Positions 49,027 through 63,712 of a DNA stretch of 64,000 nucleotides are shown here, piece after piece. A program made the position numbers and the translations under genes. The notes below the pieces were generated by a model, which was not told where the DNA came from, did no database searches, and saw nothing but the letters and a program-made list of their open reading frames with translations. Source of the stretch: an uncultured Chloroflexia bacterium (lineage in GTDB: Bacteria; Chloroflexota; Anaerolineae; JAAYZQ01); the NCBI GenBank assembly GCA_963700285.1, contig CAVOXA010000009.1, forward strand, positions 64,001 through 128,000, given 5' to 3'. Position 1 is the first letter of the stretch. Every line of letters starts with the position of its first letter.

Positions 49027-49929
49027 TCACAAGATATAGTCCTGAACCAGTTCATGAACCAATTCAGAGAGGCCGGCTTGGCTAGCCTCAAATTCCTTGC
49101 TCCCGTCACCTTCCAGGACAACATAATTGACCTTGAGCACCTTTGTCGGAGAACCATCCAATCCGACTCTGCTGTAATCAGCACCTACATCGGCGCCATT
49201 CCACACCGTGATTCTAAGGTCGCGTTCGCCAAGGTACTGGTCCAGCGCCTCTTCTGTCCCAAACTCTGGCCACGTCTGGAGGAGCGCAGAGTATTCAAGC
49301 GGTGTGGCGGCAAGCTTGTGGGTAATCATGCGCCGGACCGAGGGGGGGCGGGGCTGGTTTGCCGTGCTAACCACCGTCAGCAGACAGGGCAAGCTGCATT
49401 CGACGACTTCGATACCCAGAGGGAAGGCTCTCTGCACGACGATCTTTTGATCTTGCAAGGACTCGATGGATTCTGCATAAGTTATCTGTGGCAGATCCAG
49501 CTTTTCCGCCACCTGAGGACCGACCTGAGCGGTGTCGCCATCTATGGCCTGCCGTCCGCAGAATAGGAGGTCGTAGCCACCCAATCGGTCGCCGATGCGT
49601 TCGACGGCGCACTTGAGGACGTAGGAGGTGGCCAGCGTATCTGAGCCCGCCGTCTTGCGATCCGTGAGCAGGATCACCTGGTCTGCGCCACGATATAGCG
49701 CCTCGCGCAAGACGGCAGCGGCGCGCGGTGGTCCCATGGTCACGACCGTGACATGACCGCCGTAGCGGTCCTTCACCTGAAGGGCCATCTCCAGGGCATT
49801 TAGATCCTCTGGGTTGAGGATGGCGGGCAAGGCGGCACGGTTGACCGTGCCATCGTCTTTCATCGCTTTGCCTGTGATATTGGCTGTGTCGGGTACCTGT
49901 TTGACCAATACCACGCAGTTATACGGCAT
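49027..49929 (-). CDS. etfB: Electron transfer flavoprotein beta subunit
   Basis: VKQVPD, TMGPP, GSDTLAT, GRQAIDGDTAQVGP, GSPT. Confidence 0.95.
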   Translation of the reverse strand: MPYNCVVLVKQVPDTANITGKAMKDDGTVNRAALPAILNPEDLNALEMALQVKDRYGGHVTVVTMGPPRAAAVLREALYRGADQVILLTDRKTAGSDTLATSYVLKCAVERIGDRLGGYDLLFCGRQAIDGDTAQVGPQVAEKLDLPQITYAESIESLQDQKIVVQRAFPLGIEVVECSLPCLLTVVSTANQPRPPSVRRMITHKLAATPLEYSALLQTWPEFGTEEALDQYLGERDLRITVWNGADVGADYSRVGLDGSPTKVLKVNYVVLEGDGSKEFEASQAGLSELVHELVQDYIL

Positions 49930-50746
49930 CGTGTCCTCCAAATTGCATGTCGCCGGCGAAAGACCGAGGATGAAGGAAGGTCATAAACTCTTCCTGAGAG
50001 ACCCCGCACCGCTCCAAATCCTCAAACTGGCGGATGAATTGACCGCCGATGGAGCGTACGGGATGGCCAAAGCTGACTCCGGTGACTACAGTGGCTCGAT
50101 CGTGTGCTCTGACGATCCGCTGCTTATAGTTCGCATGGACCGGGCATTCGGTGGTACAGATGAATCGCGTGCCCATCTGGATGCCCGCCGCTCCCAGAGC
50201 CAGGGCCGCCGCCAACCCCCGCCCGTCGGCGATCCCGCCAGCAGCGATGACGGGCAGGTCTACGGCATCCACTACCTGGGAGACCAAGGTCATTGTCGCA
50301 ACGTCACCGACATGGCCGCCCGACTCCATTCCCTCGGCGATGAGCGCATCCACTCCCAGGCGCGACATCCTCCGGGCGAGGGCAACCGAGGCAACGACCG
50401 GGATAACGCGAATGCCCGCTCGCTGCAGTGGCGGCAGGTAGGGCCCTGCGTTTCCGCCTCCAACGGTGACTACTGACACGCCCTCGTCGATAAATACCTG
50501 GAGGATTTCCTCCACCCCGGCTGCGAAGAGTGGGACGTTGGCTCCAAAGGGCCGATCGGCCAGTGAGCGTACGTGCCGCAACTCGCGGCGGACAATGTCG
50601 ATGGGGGAATCGCCTGCACCCACAACGCCCAGCCCGCCGGCGTTGGAGACGGCTGCGGCCAACTCTGCTGATGCCGCCCAGGCCATACCGCCCTGCAGGA
50701 TGGGGTGTTCGATGCCCAACAGGTCACACAACGATGTCCAGATCAT
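49919..50746 (-). CDS. FabK-like enoyl-ACP reductase / nitronate monooxygenase family, apparently C-terminally truncated
   Basis: PILQGGMAW, EGMESGGHVG, AAGGIADGRG, QMGTRF; only 275 aa and lacks the usual terminal AGQ segment. Confidence 0.78.
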   Translation of the reverse strand: MIWTSLCDLLGIEHPILQGGMAWAASAELAAAVSNAGGLGVVGAGDSPIDIVRRELRHVRSLADRPFGANVPLFAAGVEEILQVFIDEGVSVVTVGGGNAGPYLPPLQRAGIRVIPVVASVALARRMSRLGVDALIAEGMESGGHVGDVATMTLVSQVVDAVDLPVIAAGGIADGRGLAAALALGAAGIQMGTRFICTTECPVHANYKQRIVRAHDRATVVTGVSFGHPVRSIGGQFIRQFEDLERCGVSQEEFMTFLHPRSFAGDMQFGGHDAV

Positions 50747-50922
50747 CCATTCTCCCGTCGGCTGTCCTTGGAATAGAACACGACCTGCGGATAGAAGTTA
50801 CGCTGCTTCCTAGCGCATCTTTTCTCTCTGCCGGGTGTTCTATGAACATGGATTCGAGGGAATAATACCGAGACGTATGGTAGTGCCAAGACGCATGGAT
50901 AGGTTTACGGTGAGGTGGAATT

Positions 50923-52167
50923 ATGCGCAAACGAGTTGTGATCACGGGTTTGGGTGCCGTGACCCCTATTGGCAACGATGTGCCCACTTTTTGGGAGGGC
51001 CTCGTCGCTGGGCGTTCGGGTGGAGCACCTATTACTGCCTATGATGCCTCCGATCAGGCTGTCCAGATCGCTGCGGAGGTGAAAGGCTTTGACCCATTGG
51101 CCCATCTTGACCGCAGGCTGATCAATCGAACGGATCGATTCACCCAATTGGTGATGGTTGCAGCCGATGAGGCCATTACCGATTCGGGCCTGGCTTTTGA
51201 CCAAAACGGCGAAAACTGGGACGTGGGCGTCATTGTCGGCACGGGCATCGGTGGAATCGGCACGCTCATTGAAAACATGGATGTGATGCAAGAGCGGGGT
51301 CCCAAGCGGGTCAGCGCTCTGATGGTGCCGATGATGATGCCCAATGCCGGGGCGGGCCAGATTGCCATCCAGTATGGATTGCATGGCATTGCCATGTCAG
51401 TGGCTTCGGCCTGCGCAACCGGCAACAATGCCATTGGCGAGAGCGCTGAGCATATCCGGCGAGGCGCTGCCGAGGTGATGATCTGTGGTGGCGGCGAATC
51501 GGTGATGCACCCACTGACGCTGGCGGCTTTGAGCAATATGGGCGCGGTGTCGCGGCGCAACGATGAGCCGGAACGGGCCAGTCGCCCTTTTGATGCCAAC
51601 CGTGATGGTTTCTGTGATGGGCGAGGGGGCAGGCGTACTGGTCCTGGAGAGCCTGGAACACGCCCAAAAGCGCGGTGCGCACATCCATGCCGAGTTGGTC
51701 GGCTACGGTTCCAGCTGCGATGCCTTCCACATCACCGCTCCCGACGAGAATGGTACCGGCGCTGCCCTGTCGATGCGCGCTGCCCTGCACGATGCGGGCC
51801 TCGGCCCGAGGAGATCGACTATATCAACGCCCACGGCACCAGCACGCCACTCAACGACCCAATCGAGACCCGGGCCATCCACACCGCTTTTGGCGAGCAC
51901 GCCTACAAACTGGCTGTCAGCTCCACCAAGTCGATGATCGGCCACCTGATGGGCGCCGCCGGTGCGGTGGAGGCCATCGCCTGCGTAAGAATGCTGCAGA
52001 CGGGTGTGGTCCATCCGACGATCAACTATGAGACGCCCGACCCAGAGTGCGACCTGGACTATGTGCCCAACGAGGCGCGGGAGATCAACCCCCGGACCAT
52101 CCTGTCCAATTCTTTTGGGTTTGGTGGACATAACGCCACGCTTATCTTTTCCAAGTGGGAAGGCTAG
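50923..52167 (+). CDS. fabF: Beta-ketoacyl-ACP synthase II; two compensating frameshifts at ~51613 and ~51808
   Basis: [35 protein letters not shown]; MGEGAG segment in an alternate frame. Confidence 0.93.
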   Translation: MRKRVVITGLGAVTPIGNDVPTFWEGLVAGRSGGAPITAYDASDQAVQIAAEVKGFDPLAHLDRRLINRTDRFTQLVMVAADEAITDSGLAFDQNGENWDVGVIVGTGIGGIGTLIENMDVMQERGPKRVSALMVPMMMPNAGAGQIAIQYGLHGIAMSVASACATGNNAIGESAEHIRRGAAEVMICGGGESVMHPLTLAALSNMGAVSRRNDEPERASRPFDANRDGFCDGRGGRRTGPGEPGTRPKARCAHPCRVGRLRFQLRCLPHHRSRREWYRRCPVDARCPARCGPRPEEIDYINAHGTSTPLNDPIETRAIHTAFGEHAYKLAVSSTKSMIGHLMGAAGAVEAIACVRMLQTGVVHPTINYETPDPECDLDYVPNEAREINPRTILSNSFGFGGHNATLIFSKWEG

Positions 52168-52174
52168 GCGAATT

Positions 52175-53344
52175 TTGGCTTCTCAACAGAATTCAAGCCA
52201 CCGCCACGCCCACATCGTCGGTTGGGGCAAGGCCGTCCCTGACCGCGTGCTGACCAATCGACGAGCTGGCGACGATGGTGGATACCTCGGACGAGTGGAT
52301 CCGCCAGCGGACCGGCATGGCTGAGCGGCGCATCGCCGGCGAGGGCGAGACGACGTTCACGCTGAGCCTTCAGGCCGCCCAGGCTGCCCTGGAGGTGGCC
52401 GATCTGGATCCTGCTCACCTGGACCTGATCATCGTCGCCACGGTCACCCCCGACTACCCTTTTCCGTCCACGGCTTGCCTGCTGCAGGATGCGCTGGGGG
52501 CTGACAAGGCTGCTGCCTTTGACCTGTCGGCGGGTTGCTCCGGCTTTGTCTATGGCCTGAGCGTGGCCGCTGACTCTGCTGGCGGCCGGGACCTACGATC
52601 GAGCCCTGGTCGTCGGCGCCGAGACACTGTCGCGCATCACCGACTGGACCGACCGGAACACCTGTGTTCTGTTTGGCGATGGGGCCGGGGCCGTGGTGCT
52701 CCAGGCCAGCGAGGCGCCGGGCGGAATTCTTGTCGTCGGTGCTGGGCGCCGATGGCTCGGGCGGCGACCTGCTGATGCTGCCGGCCGGTGGCAGCGCCCA
52801 GCCCGCCACGATCGAGACGGTGGCTGCGCGGCAGCATTACATCCAGATGCAGGGCCGGCAGGTCTTTCGTTTTGCCACGCGCATCATGCCCGAAGCCTCG
52901 CGACAGGTGCTCGACGCAGGCCGGTCTGGACGGTTGAGGACGTGGCCCTGTTCGTACCCCACCAGGCCAACGACCGCATCCTCCAAGCGGCGGCCAAGGG
53001 CCTGGGCGTCCCCGGAGAGCGATGTTCTCCAACCTGGCGCGCTATGGCAATACCTCGTCGGCTTCGATCCCCATCGCCCTGTGCGAGGCCATCGAGCAGG
53101 GTCTGGTCAACCGGGACGACGTGATCGTCTGCGTCGGCTTTGGCGCGGGGCTGACCTGGGCGGCGTCGGCCATCCGCTGGAGCTTGCCGCTGCCGGTGCC
53201 GGCGCCCTCGCGGCGGATGACATTCTGGCGACGGCTGCGCTACCGCTGGGCGAAGATGCGCTCCTCGTGGCGGCGGCTGTGGCGGCGGGTGGATGCCCGG
53301 CTGTTCCAGATCCTGTACGACCGGGACGGAAACGGAAGCGGTGA
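52175..53344 (+). CDS. fabH: Beta-ketoacyl-ACP synthase III, multiply frameshifted, with basic C-terminal extension
   Basis: [49 protein letters not shown] across frames. Confidence 0.88.
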
Positions 53345-53387
53345 TCATCCTGTCTTCTTTCCAACGAACAGGACAAAAAGACCGAGA

Positions 53388-54917
53388 ATGAGTAGAGCAG
53401 CGATCGAACGGTTACGGGATCTGGAGGCGCAGGCGCGGCTGGGGGGTGGACTGGCGCGCATCGAGCAGCAGCACGCCAAGGGCAAGTACACGGCCCGCGA
53501 GCGGCTGGAAATCCTGCTCGACCCCGGTACCTTCCAGGAGATCGATGCCTTTGTCCGCGAGAACCAAGACGACGCCCTGGGCGACAGCGTGGTCACCGGC
53601 TGGGGGCGATCGATGGCCGAGCCGTCTATGTCTTTGCCCAGGATTTCACCGTGTTGGGCGGCTCGGTGGGCGCGGCCCACGGGCGCAAAATCTGCAAGGT
53701 GATGGACCTGGCCCTGGCCAATGGCGCGCCCCTGATCGGCCTGAACGACTCGGGCGGGGCGCGCATCCAGGAGGGCGTCGACGCCCTGGCAGCCTATGGC
53801 GAGATTTTTTATCCGCAATACCATCGCTTCAGGCGTCATCCCCCAGATTTCGGTCATCCTGGGACCGTGCGCCGGGGGCGCGGTCTATAGCCCGGCCATC
53901 ACCGATTTTACCTTCATGGTGCAGGCAAACAGCCACATGTTCATCACCGGGCCGGATGTGGTGCGGGCAGTGACCCGCGAGGAGGTCAGCTTTGAGGCGT
54001 TGGGTGGCGCGGAGGTCCACGGTCAAAAGAGCGGCGTGGCCCACTTTGTCTGTGAGGACGAGGAGCCGACCCTGGCACGAGGTGCGGCGGCTGCTGGGCT
54101 TTCTGCCGGGCAACAACGCCGACGATCCACCCTGGCGCGAGCCCTCCGATCCGCCCGACCGCCTGGCGCCTGAACTGGACGATGCTGGTGCCGGAGGCAC
54201 CCGATCGGGCCTACGACATGCGACGGGTGATCCAGGCGGTGGTGGACGATGGCGATTTCATGGAGGTGCATGCCGGATTCGCGCCCAACCTGCTGGTGGG
54301 CTTTGCCCGGCTGGGTGGGTACCCGGTGGGTATTGTCGCCCAGCAGCCCGAGACGCTGGCCGGGGTGCTGGACATCGACGCCAGCGACAAGGGGGCGCGT
54401 TTTATCCGCTTCTGCGACTGTTTTAACGTCCCGCTGGTGACGCTGACCGATACGCCCGGTTTCTTGCCCGGCGTGGCGCAGGAGCACGGCGGCATCATCC
54501 GCCACGGGGCCAAGATGATTTTCGCCTACGCCGAGGCGACGGTGCCCAAGCTGGCGGTGGTCACTCGCAAGGCCTACGGCGGGGCCTATATTGTGATGAG
54601 TTCAAAGCACCTGCGCGGCGACGTGAACCTGGCCTGGCCCGGCGCCGAGATCGCGGTCATGGGGCCCGAGGGTGCAGTCAATATCCTTCATCGGAAAGAG
54701 CTTGCGGAGAGCCGACGATCCAGCGCTTCTGCGGTCCGAACTGATCGCCGACTACCGGAGGCAGTTTGCCAATCCCTACGTCGCAGCGGCGCGGGGTTAC
54801 CTGGATGCGGTCATTGTCCCGCGGGAGACGCGGCCCCGGCTGATCGCCGCGCTCAAGACATTGAGTGGCAAGCGCGCTTCGCTACCGATGAAGAAACACA
54901 GCAATATTCCGCTTTGA
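53388..54917 (+). CDS. Acyl-CoA carboxylase carboxyltransferase subunit (PccB/MmdA-like), multiply frameshifted
   Basis: [54 protein letters not shown] across frames. Confidence 0.88.
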
Positions 54918-54943
54918 ACCTACCGTAAACTGGAGGGTGGTAA

Positions 54944-55162
54944 GTGATACGTTCGAATATGATGAAAACGTCGATGAGGGCAGAGCAGGTACAGGTAAAG
55001 GACAGTTTGGATGACGGGGCAATGCTGGCGGCCGTGCTGGCAGCGGCACTGGTAGAGTATGGGAGATACTTGGAAAGGTCCAATCGGCATAACGGTGTAC
55101 AAGACGCTGCGGGCAACTGGCGAATACTCGCTCACCTGGATCGCCTACAGGGAAGGGCATGA
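54944..55162 (+). CDS. Small carboxylase-associated subunit (epsilon/OadG-like)
   Basis: LAAVLAAAL..NWR pattern; position between carboxyltransferase and BCCP. Confidence 0.6.
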   Translation: MIRSNMMKTSMRAEQVQVKDSLDDGAMLAAVLAAALVEYGRYLERSNRHNGVQDAAGNWRILAHLDRLQGRA

Positions 55163-55662
55163 AGTACTCTGTTACAGTTGGTGGGCAGTCTTTTGATGTC
55201 GAAGTTGATCACGACCGCTTGGTGTGGGTTAACGGCCGCCCGCTTAACGTAGAATTGGAACAGGTTGGGGGATTGCCGGTCTATTCCCTGGCGCTGGACG
55301 ACGCCGGCTATGTGCTCTTTGTCGAAAAGAAGCGAGAAGAGTACCTGGTAGAGGTACAGGGCCAGCTCTATCCGGTCGAGGTCCAGTTGCAGCGACCGCA
55401 GCTGGGAACCCGGCGTGACAGTTGTCCAGATGGTGACGGGGCCTGCTTGACGATCAGCGCGCCACTGCCGGGACGTTTGATCTCGTTGCCCGTCGCGATT
55501 GGAGACCAGGTTGAGACGGGGCAGGTGGTGGCTGAAGTTGAGTCCATGAAGATGCAGATGGAACTGAAGGCTCCCTTGGCAGGTGTGGTGGAGGTAGTCC
55601 ACGGGCCAGTGGACAGGGATGTGGATCAGGGTGAAGAACTGGTCGCCCTCCGGCCACTGTAG
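55159..55662 (+). CDS. Biotin carboxyl carrier protein
   Basis: ISAPLPG, ESMKM biotinylation motif. Confidence 0.9.
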   Translation: MKYSVTVGGQSFDVEVDHDRLVWVNGRPLNVELEQVGGLPVYSLALDDAGYVLFVEKKREEYLVEVQGQLYPVEVQLQRPQLGTRRDSCPDGDGACLTISAPLPGRLISLPVAIGDQVETGQVVAEVESMKMQMELKAPLAGVVEVVHGPVDRDVDQGEELVALRPL

Positions 55663-55724
55663 CGACCGCCAAGCCGGCTGCAGTTTTGTGGACGGAGAAT
55701 CAAGGCTGATCAACAGGGAAAGCC

Positions 55725-56219
55725 ATGGAAACTGAACGAGAGGTTGGGGCTCTGCTGGCTGCATTGGGCTTGACCCTTGCCACGGCTGAATCGTGTACGG
55801 GCGGTCTGCTGGCTCACCGCATCACGAACGTGCCGGGTAGTTCGGCCTACTATGTGGGGGGGCTTGTTGCGTATGCGAATGAAATGAAAGAAGCATGCCT
55901 GGATGTGCGGCCCGAGACTCTCTTGGCCCATGGCGCCGTCAGTGAGGAGACGGTACTGGAGATGGCCCGGGGCGCCCGAGCGCGGATGGGGGCTGACGTG
56001 GCCCTCGCCACCACAGGCATAGCCGGGCCTGGTGGGGGCACAGCGGAAAAGCCTGTAGGCTTGGTCTATGTGGCTCTGTCGGCGGGTGATATGGAACGAT
56101 GCGAGCAGCACGTTTGGTCAAGTGACGGCTTTGTTGATGAGCGTTTGGCCAACAAGGAGAAATCGGTTGACGCAGTCCTGGGACTACTCCTTGATTACTT
56201 GCGGGGACCAGGGAAATGA
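55725..56219 (+). CDS. CinA C-terminal / NMN deamidase (PncC-like)
   Basis: TAESCTGG, PGSSAY, HGAVS, TGIAGPGGG, KPVGLV. Confidence 0.93.
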   Translation: METEREVGALLAALGLTLATAESCTGGLLAHRITNVPGSSAYYVGGLVAYANEMKEACLDVRPETLLAHGAVSEETVLEMARGARARMGADVALATTGIAGPGGGTAEKPVGLVYVALSAGDMERCEQHVWSSDGFVDERLANKEKSVDAVLGLLLDYLRGPGK

Positions 56220-56485
56220 AGGCCCAGTTTGTGAATGAGGCAGTCAGCGTGGAAGTCACGCCTTGCCGGGCAGGGGAGAGCCGTCCGCTGGAATTTGTTT
56301 GGGGGGGAAGGCGGCTGCAAATCGAATCGTGGGGCCGAGAAGGCGCGACAACCCTGGGGGACCGTGCCGTGCACTGCCACCTGGTCCAGACGGCTGGCCC
56401 CGAAACCTGGGAACTGTGTCAGGACATAGAAACGGCCCAGTGGACGCTTGTACGTCACTGGGCCCGAAACGATCCGGTTGCCTGA
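56216..56485 (+). CDS. DUF6504-like small protein
   Basis: PLEFVWGGRRLQI..WELCQD..QWTL; ATGA overlap with the CinA-like gene. Confidence 0.6.
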   Translation: MKAQFVNEAVSVEVTPCRAGESRPLEFVWGGRRLQIESWGREGATTLGDRAVHCHLVQTAGPETWELCQDIETAQWTLVRHWARNDPVA

Positions 56486-56488
56486 GGA

Positions 56489-56959
56489 CTAGTTTGCTTT
56501 ACTGGCTACCCGTTCGCTAAAACTCTGCACGTTGATTATCGCTCTCTGGTGCACGCCGTCCCCCACGAGTTCACGCGCGCCTTCGGAGCTATTGGGTGGT
56601 CCCTCGTACACTCTGACGCGGAAGCTCAATCTCCTCCCCTGAACCTCCACCAACTCGGAAGTAGCGATAACCTGCCAACCCAAGGCTGTTGGGGCCAGAT
56701 GTCGAATGTCCAGACTGGCGCCGACAGTGCGGTATCCCTCCGGTAGAAGGTGATCCACCGCGGCCACACTCGCTTGCTCCATCAGGAGGACCATCTGCGG
56801 CGTGGCCAGCACTTCTACTGCGCCACTTCCCAGGTGCTGAGCGGTGTGCTCCGACGCAACAATGAGCTTGACCTCGCCCTGCAGCCCAGGTTGGATGGCG
56901 GCAAAGCAATCACTTGCTTTGGATACAGTTGGGGGCTCGGGCCTTTCAGCACGGGTCAT
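56489..56959 (-). CDS. Hotdog-fold thioesterase (FlK-like)
   Basis: GSGAVEVLATP..LME, TVG..IRHLAPT, GVHQRAII. Confidence 0.88.
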   Translation of the reverse strand: MTRAERPEPPTVSKASDCFAAIQPGLQGEVKLIVASEHTAQHLGSGAVEVLATPQMVLLMEQASVAAVDHLLPEGYRTVGASLDIRHLAPTALGWQVIATSELVEVQGRRLSFRVRVYEGPPNSSEGARELVGDGVHQRAIINVQSFSERVASKAN

Positions 56960-57345
56960 GCTTCGGGTTCGGGATCCGCCTCTGGATCTTTCGCAGCCGG
57001 TGCCTTGGATTCTATGGAGGCGAGGAACCTTGAAATGCCTTTGTTCAATTCACTGAGGCCGGTGACCAATCCACGCTCAAACTCATCGGCCAGATCACTC
57101 TCACGAGCGCGGTCTACGGCCTCTTTGACCTGGCCACTGAACTGCTTGGCTGTTTCGCTTTCCTGGGCTGTAGAGATTGCTGCGTTGACCTGCTGGCCCA
57201 GCTCCATGACTCCAGCACCAATCTCTTGCCGTAGCTTGCGGCTGTCTTCGCTCTCCCACATGGCCTTTACCGCTGTACTCAGTTGCTGGCCCAAGGCGTG
57301 GAATTCCTCCAACAGTCCGCTGTCTGACTTTTTCTCTTCAGTCAT
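56956..57345 (-). CDS. Hypothetical amphipathic helical protein
   Basis: AAGGAGG RBS; EEFHALGQQL..WESED..QEI pattern. Confidence 0.7.
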   Translation of the reverse strand: MTEEKKSDSGLLEEFHALGQQLSTAVKAMWESEDSRKLRQEIGAGVMELGQQVNAAISTAQESETAKQFSGQVKEAVDRARESDLADEFERGLVTGLSELNKGISRFLASIESKAPAAKDPEADPEPEA

Positions 57346-57449
57346 TGCCGCTTCCTCCTTGTAGGATGGGAATCTATTCTGGGCCCGTTTGGGCAATCGC
57401 CCATACCCCTGATTGTCATCCTCTATACGCAACAAATACAAAAAGGTTC

Positions 57450-57568
57450 TTCTGGCAACGACCTACTCTCCCAGGGACCTTCGTCCCAAGTACCATCGGC
57501 GCTGGAGGGCTTAACTGCCTGGTTCGGTATGGAGCAGGGTGTTTCCCCTCCGCTCAAGTCACCAGAAG
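57450..57568 (-). rRNA. rrf: 5S rRNA
   Basis: Reverse complement of the 5S consensus (CGACCTACTCTCCC..AGTACCATCGGCGCT..GTTCGG); ends approximate. Confidence 0.96.
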
Positions 57569-57676
57569 AACCTTTTATGCTATTGTTGACGGCAACGAAG
57601 GACTGAGTTCGTTGCACACGATCTGACACCTTCAAAACTGAACAGGATGCTCGGCATAGACGCCGATTCACGCTAG

Positions 57677-60701
<3,025 letters not shown>

Positions 60702-60997
60702 CACGTGAATTTGCGTTGATACGCTTTACATCCTGTTCAGTTTTTAAGGTGCCAGACCTTTTCTATCCTAGCGATTCGCTGCTAGCCGCTGGAGACTGGG
60801 TCTCCACTCATCCTCCAGCGGTCAGAGGCGAATCAGCGATTCTACCTGGGCCTCACGTTGGGCGCAAAAAGAGCCCGGCATATGCCAGGCTCCTCGCCTC
60901 GTCATATGTCCTACTGTTACCGGTATTCGATTACGTCTCCAACGTTTTCTATCTTCAGTCGACCCGATCTCCAGCGGATCATGCTGCGCAACTGCTC

Positions 60998-61074
60998 TGG
61001 TGGGCCATTCTGGACTTGAACCAGAGACCTTTCCCTTATCAGAGGAATGCTCTAGCCGACTGAGCTAATGGCCC
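60998..61074 (-). tRNA. tRNA-Ile(GAT), CCA encoded
   Basis: GGGCCATTAGCTCAG..CTGATAA..GTTCAAGTCC..TGGCCCACCA on the minus strand. Confidence 0.95.
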
Positions 61075-61185
61075 ATGATGGTAAGCGACCTTAACAACTG
61101 AAAAGTGATAGGAAGACGGCTTTACTTTGGGTACAACCGATGGAGGTAGACGCTCGACCTGTCGGCCGAGCAGTCAAATCTCCCT

Positions 61186-62688
<1,503 letters not shown>

Positions 62689-62744
62689 TTCACTCTCAAA
62701 GTTTTAAGCCCAAACTATGTTTGGGGCCCAAAGTTGTCGCGCAC

Positions 62745-62770
62745 CTTCCTATCACTCTTCAGTTGTTAAA
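62745..62770 (-). promoter_or_regulatory. rrn leader boxA / 16S processing stem arm
   Basis: Minus-strand TTTAACAACTG; complementary to 61090-61115 in the ITS. Confidence 0.75.
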
Positions 62771-62791
62771 GTCCATCTCACGCGAAGACAA

Positions 62792-63237
62792 ACTATACCA
62801 CATTCGCATTCGACTGTCAAATGCTGGCTCTACCGTGTCCGGCGAACCGTCTGTCTCCCCGCTGGCTTGTCAAAGTCCGTTGCCACCCGCACAGCCAGAA
62901 ACTGCTGCCAGCAACAAGGCGCGATTCTATCACACTCGCGAAAGCCTGTCAAACGCGGACCACACTGTGTCCAGCGGCCCGCCTGTCCTCTGCCGACTTG
63001 TCAAGGCCCGTTACTGCCACCCGCACGACCAAGAATCGCTGCCAGCAACGAGGCGCGATTCTATCATACTCGCGAAACCCTGTCAAATTAGGAACTGAAT
63101 GAGGAGGCACAATGGAACCAGCAGATCTCAGCCTAACGACCTGCTGATCATTACCGCAGCGTATTCTCTCCGCTGGCCACATAGTGTTTAAGGTACGATG
63201 ATAAATCTATTGTATCAGAGGATCCGGCGATTGTCAA
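62792..63237 (-). promoter_or_regulatory. Four tandem sigma70 promoters of the rrn operon
   Basis: TTGACA-17bp-TATAGT/TAGAAT/TAGAAT/TACAAT with -35 boxes at 62815-20, 62947-52, 63081-86 and 63232-37. Confidence 0.88.
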
Positions 63238-63399
63238 GTCCTCGAACGTTAAAAACACGATAAATTCCCACCCAATTGTCGCCATGTCTTCAACCAAACC
63301 AGGCAAACAGGGCCCGTAGCCGAAGAACCTACACTCTATCCGAGGATGCTCTGGATCCCGTTGGGAGCTGGGGGACGGAGCGAGTCTGTGGATAGATAC

Positions 63400-63615
63400 C
63401 TAACCGATGATAAAGACCAATACGATCAGAAGCACCAGGAGTGCCACGGCAATGAGGGCAATGCGCCGAAGGTCCTCGAGGACGTAGTGATACTCTTCCG
63501 AGAAGTTGATCTCCTTGGCAGGGCCCTCAGTTTGGGGGCGTGCCGGCCGGGAGACACGTACTGGTTGGGCTACAGTAGAAGCCTGACGACGGGCTCGACG
63601 CGATTTCTTTGCCAT
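63400..63615 (-). CDS. Small protein with basic N-terminus and C-terminal TM helix
   Basis: MAKKSRRARR..EEYHYVLEDLRRIALIA..; GAGG RBS. Confidence 0.7.
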   Translation of the reverse strand: MAKKSRRARRQASTVAQPVRVSRPARPQTEGPAKEINFSEEYHYVLEDLRRIALIAVALLVLLIVLVFIIG

Positions 63616-63712
63616 ACTGAATTCTAACCTCTGCAAATGGATTCGGTTCTTGGGTGGGCCTGGTGGTTCGCAGGTCTACCCCATCAGGGCCCATTATAGC
63701 CAATACTGGCGG

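Noticed and set aside
50836-50849. GTTC..GAAC palindrome between the FabK-like gene and fabF as a LexA box
   Set aside because: The half-sites are in the reverse order and spacing (GTTC-N3-GAAC), not GAAC-N4-GTTC
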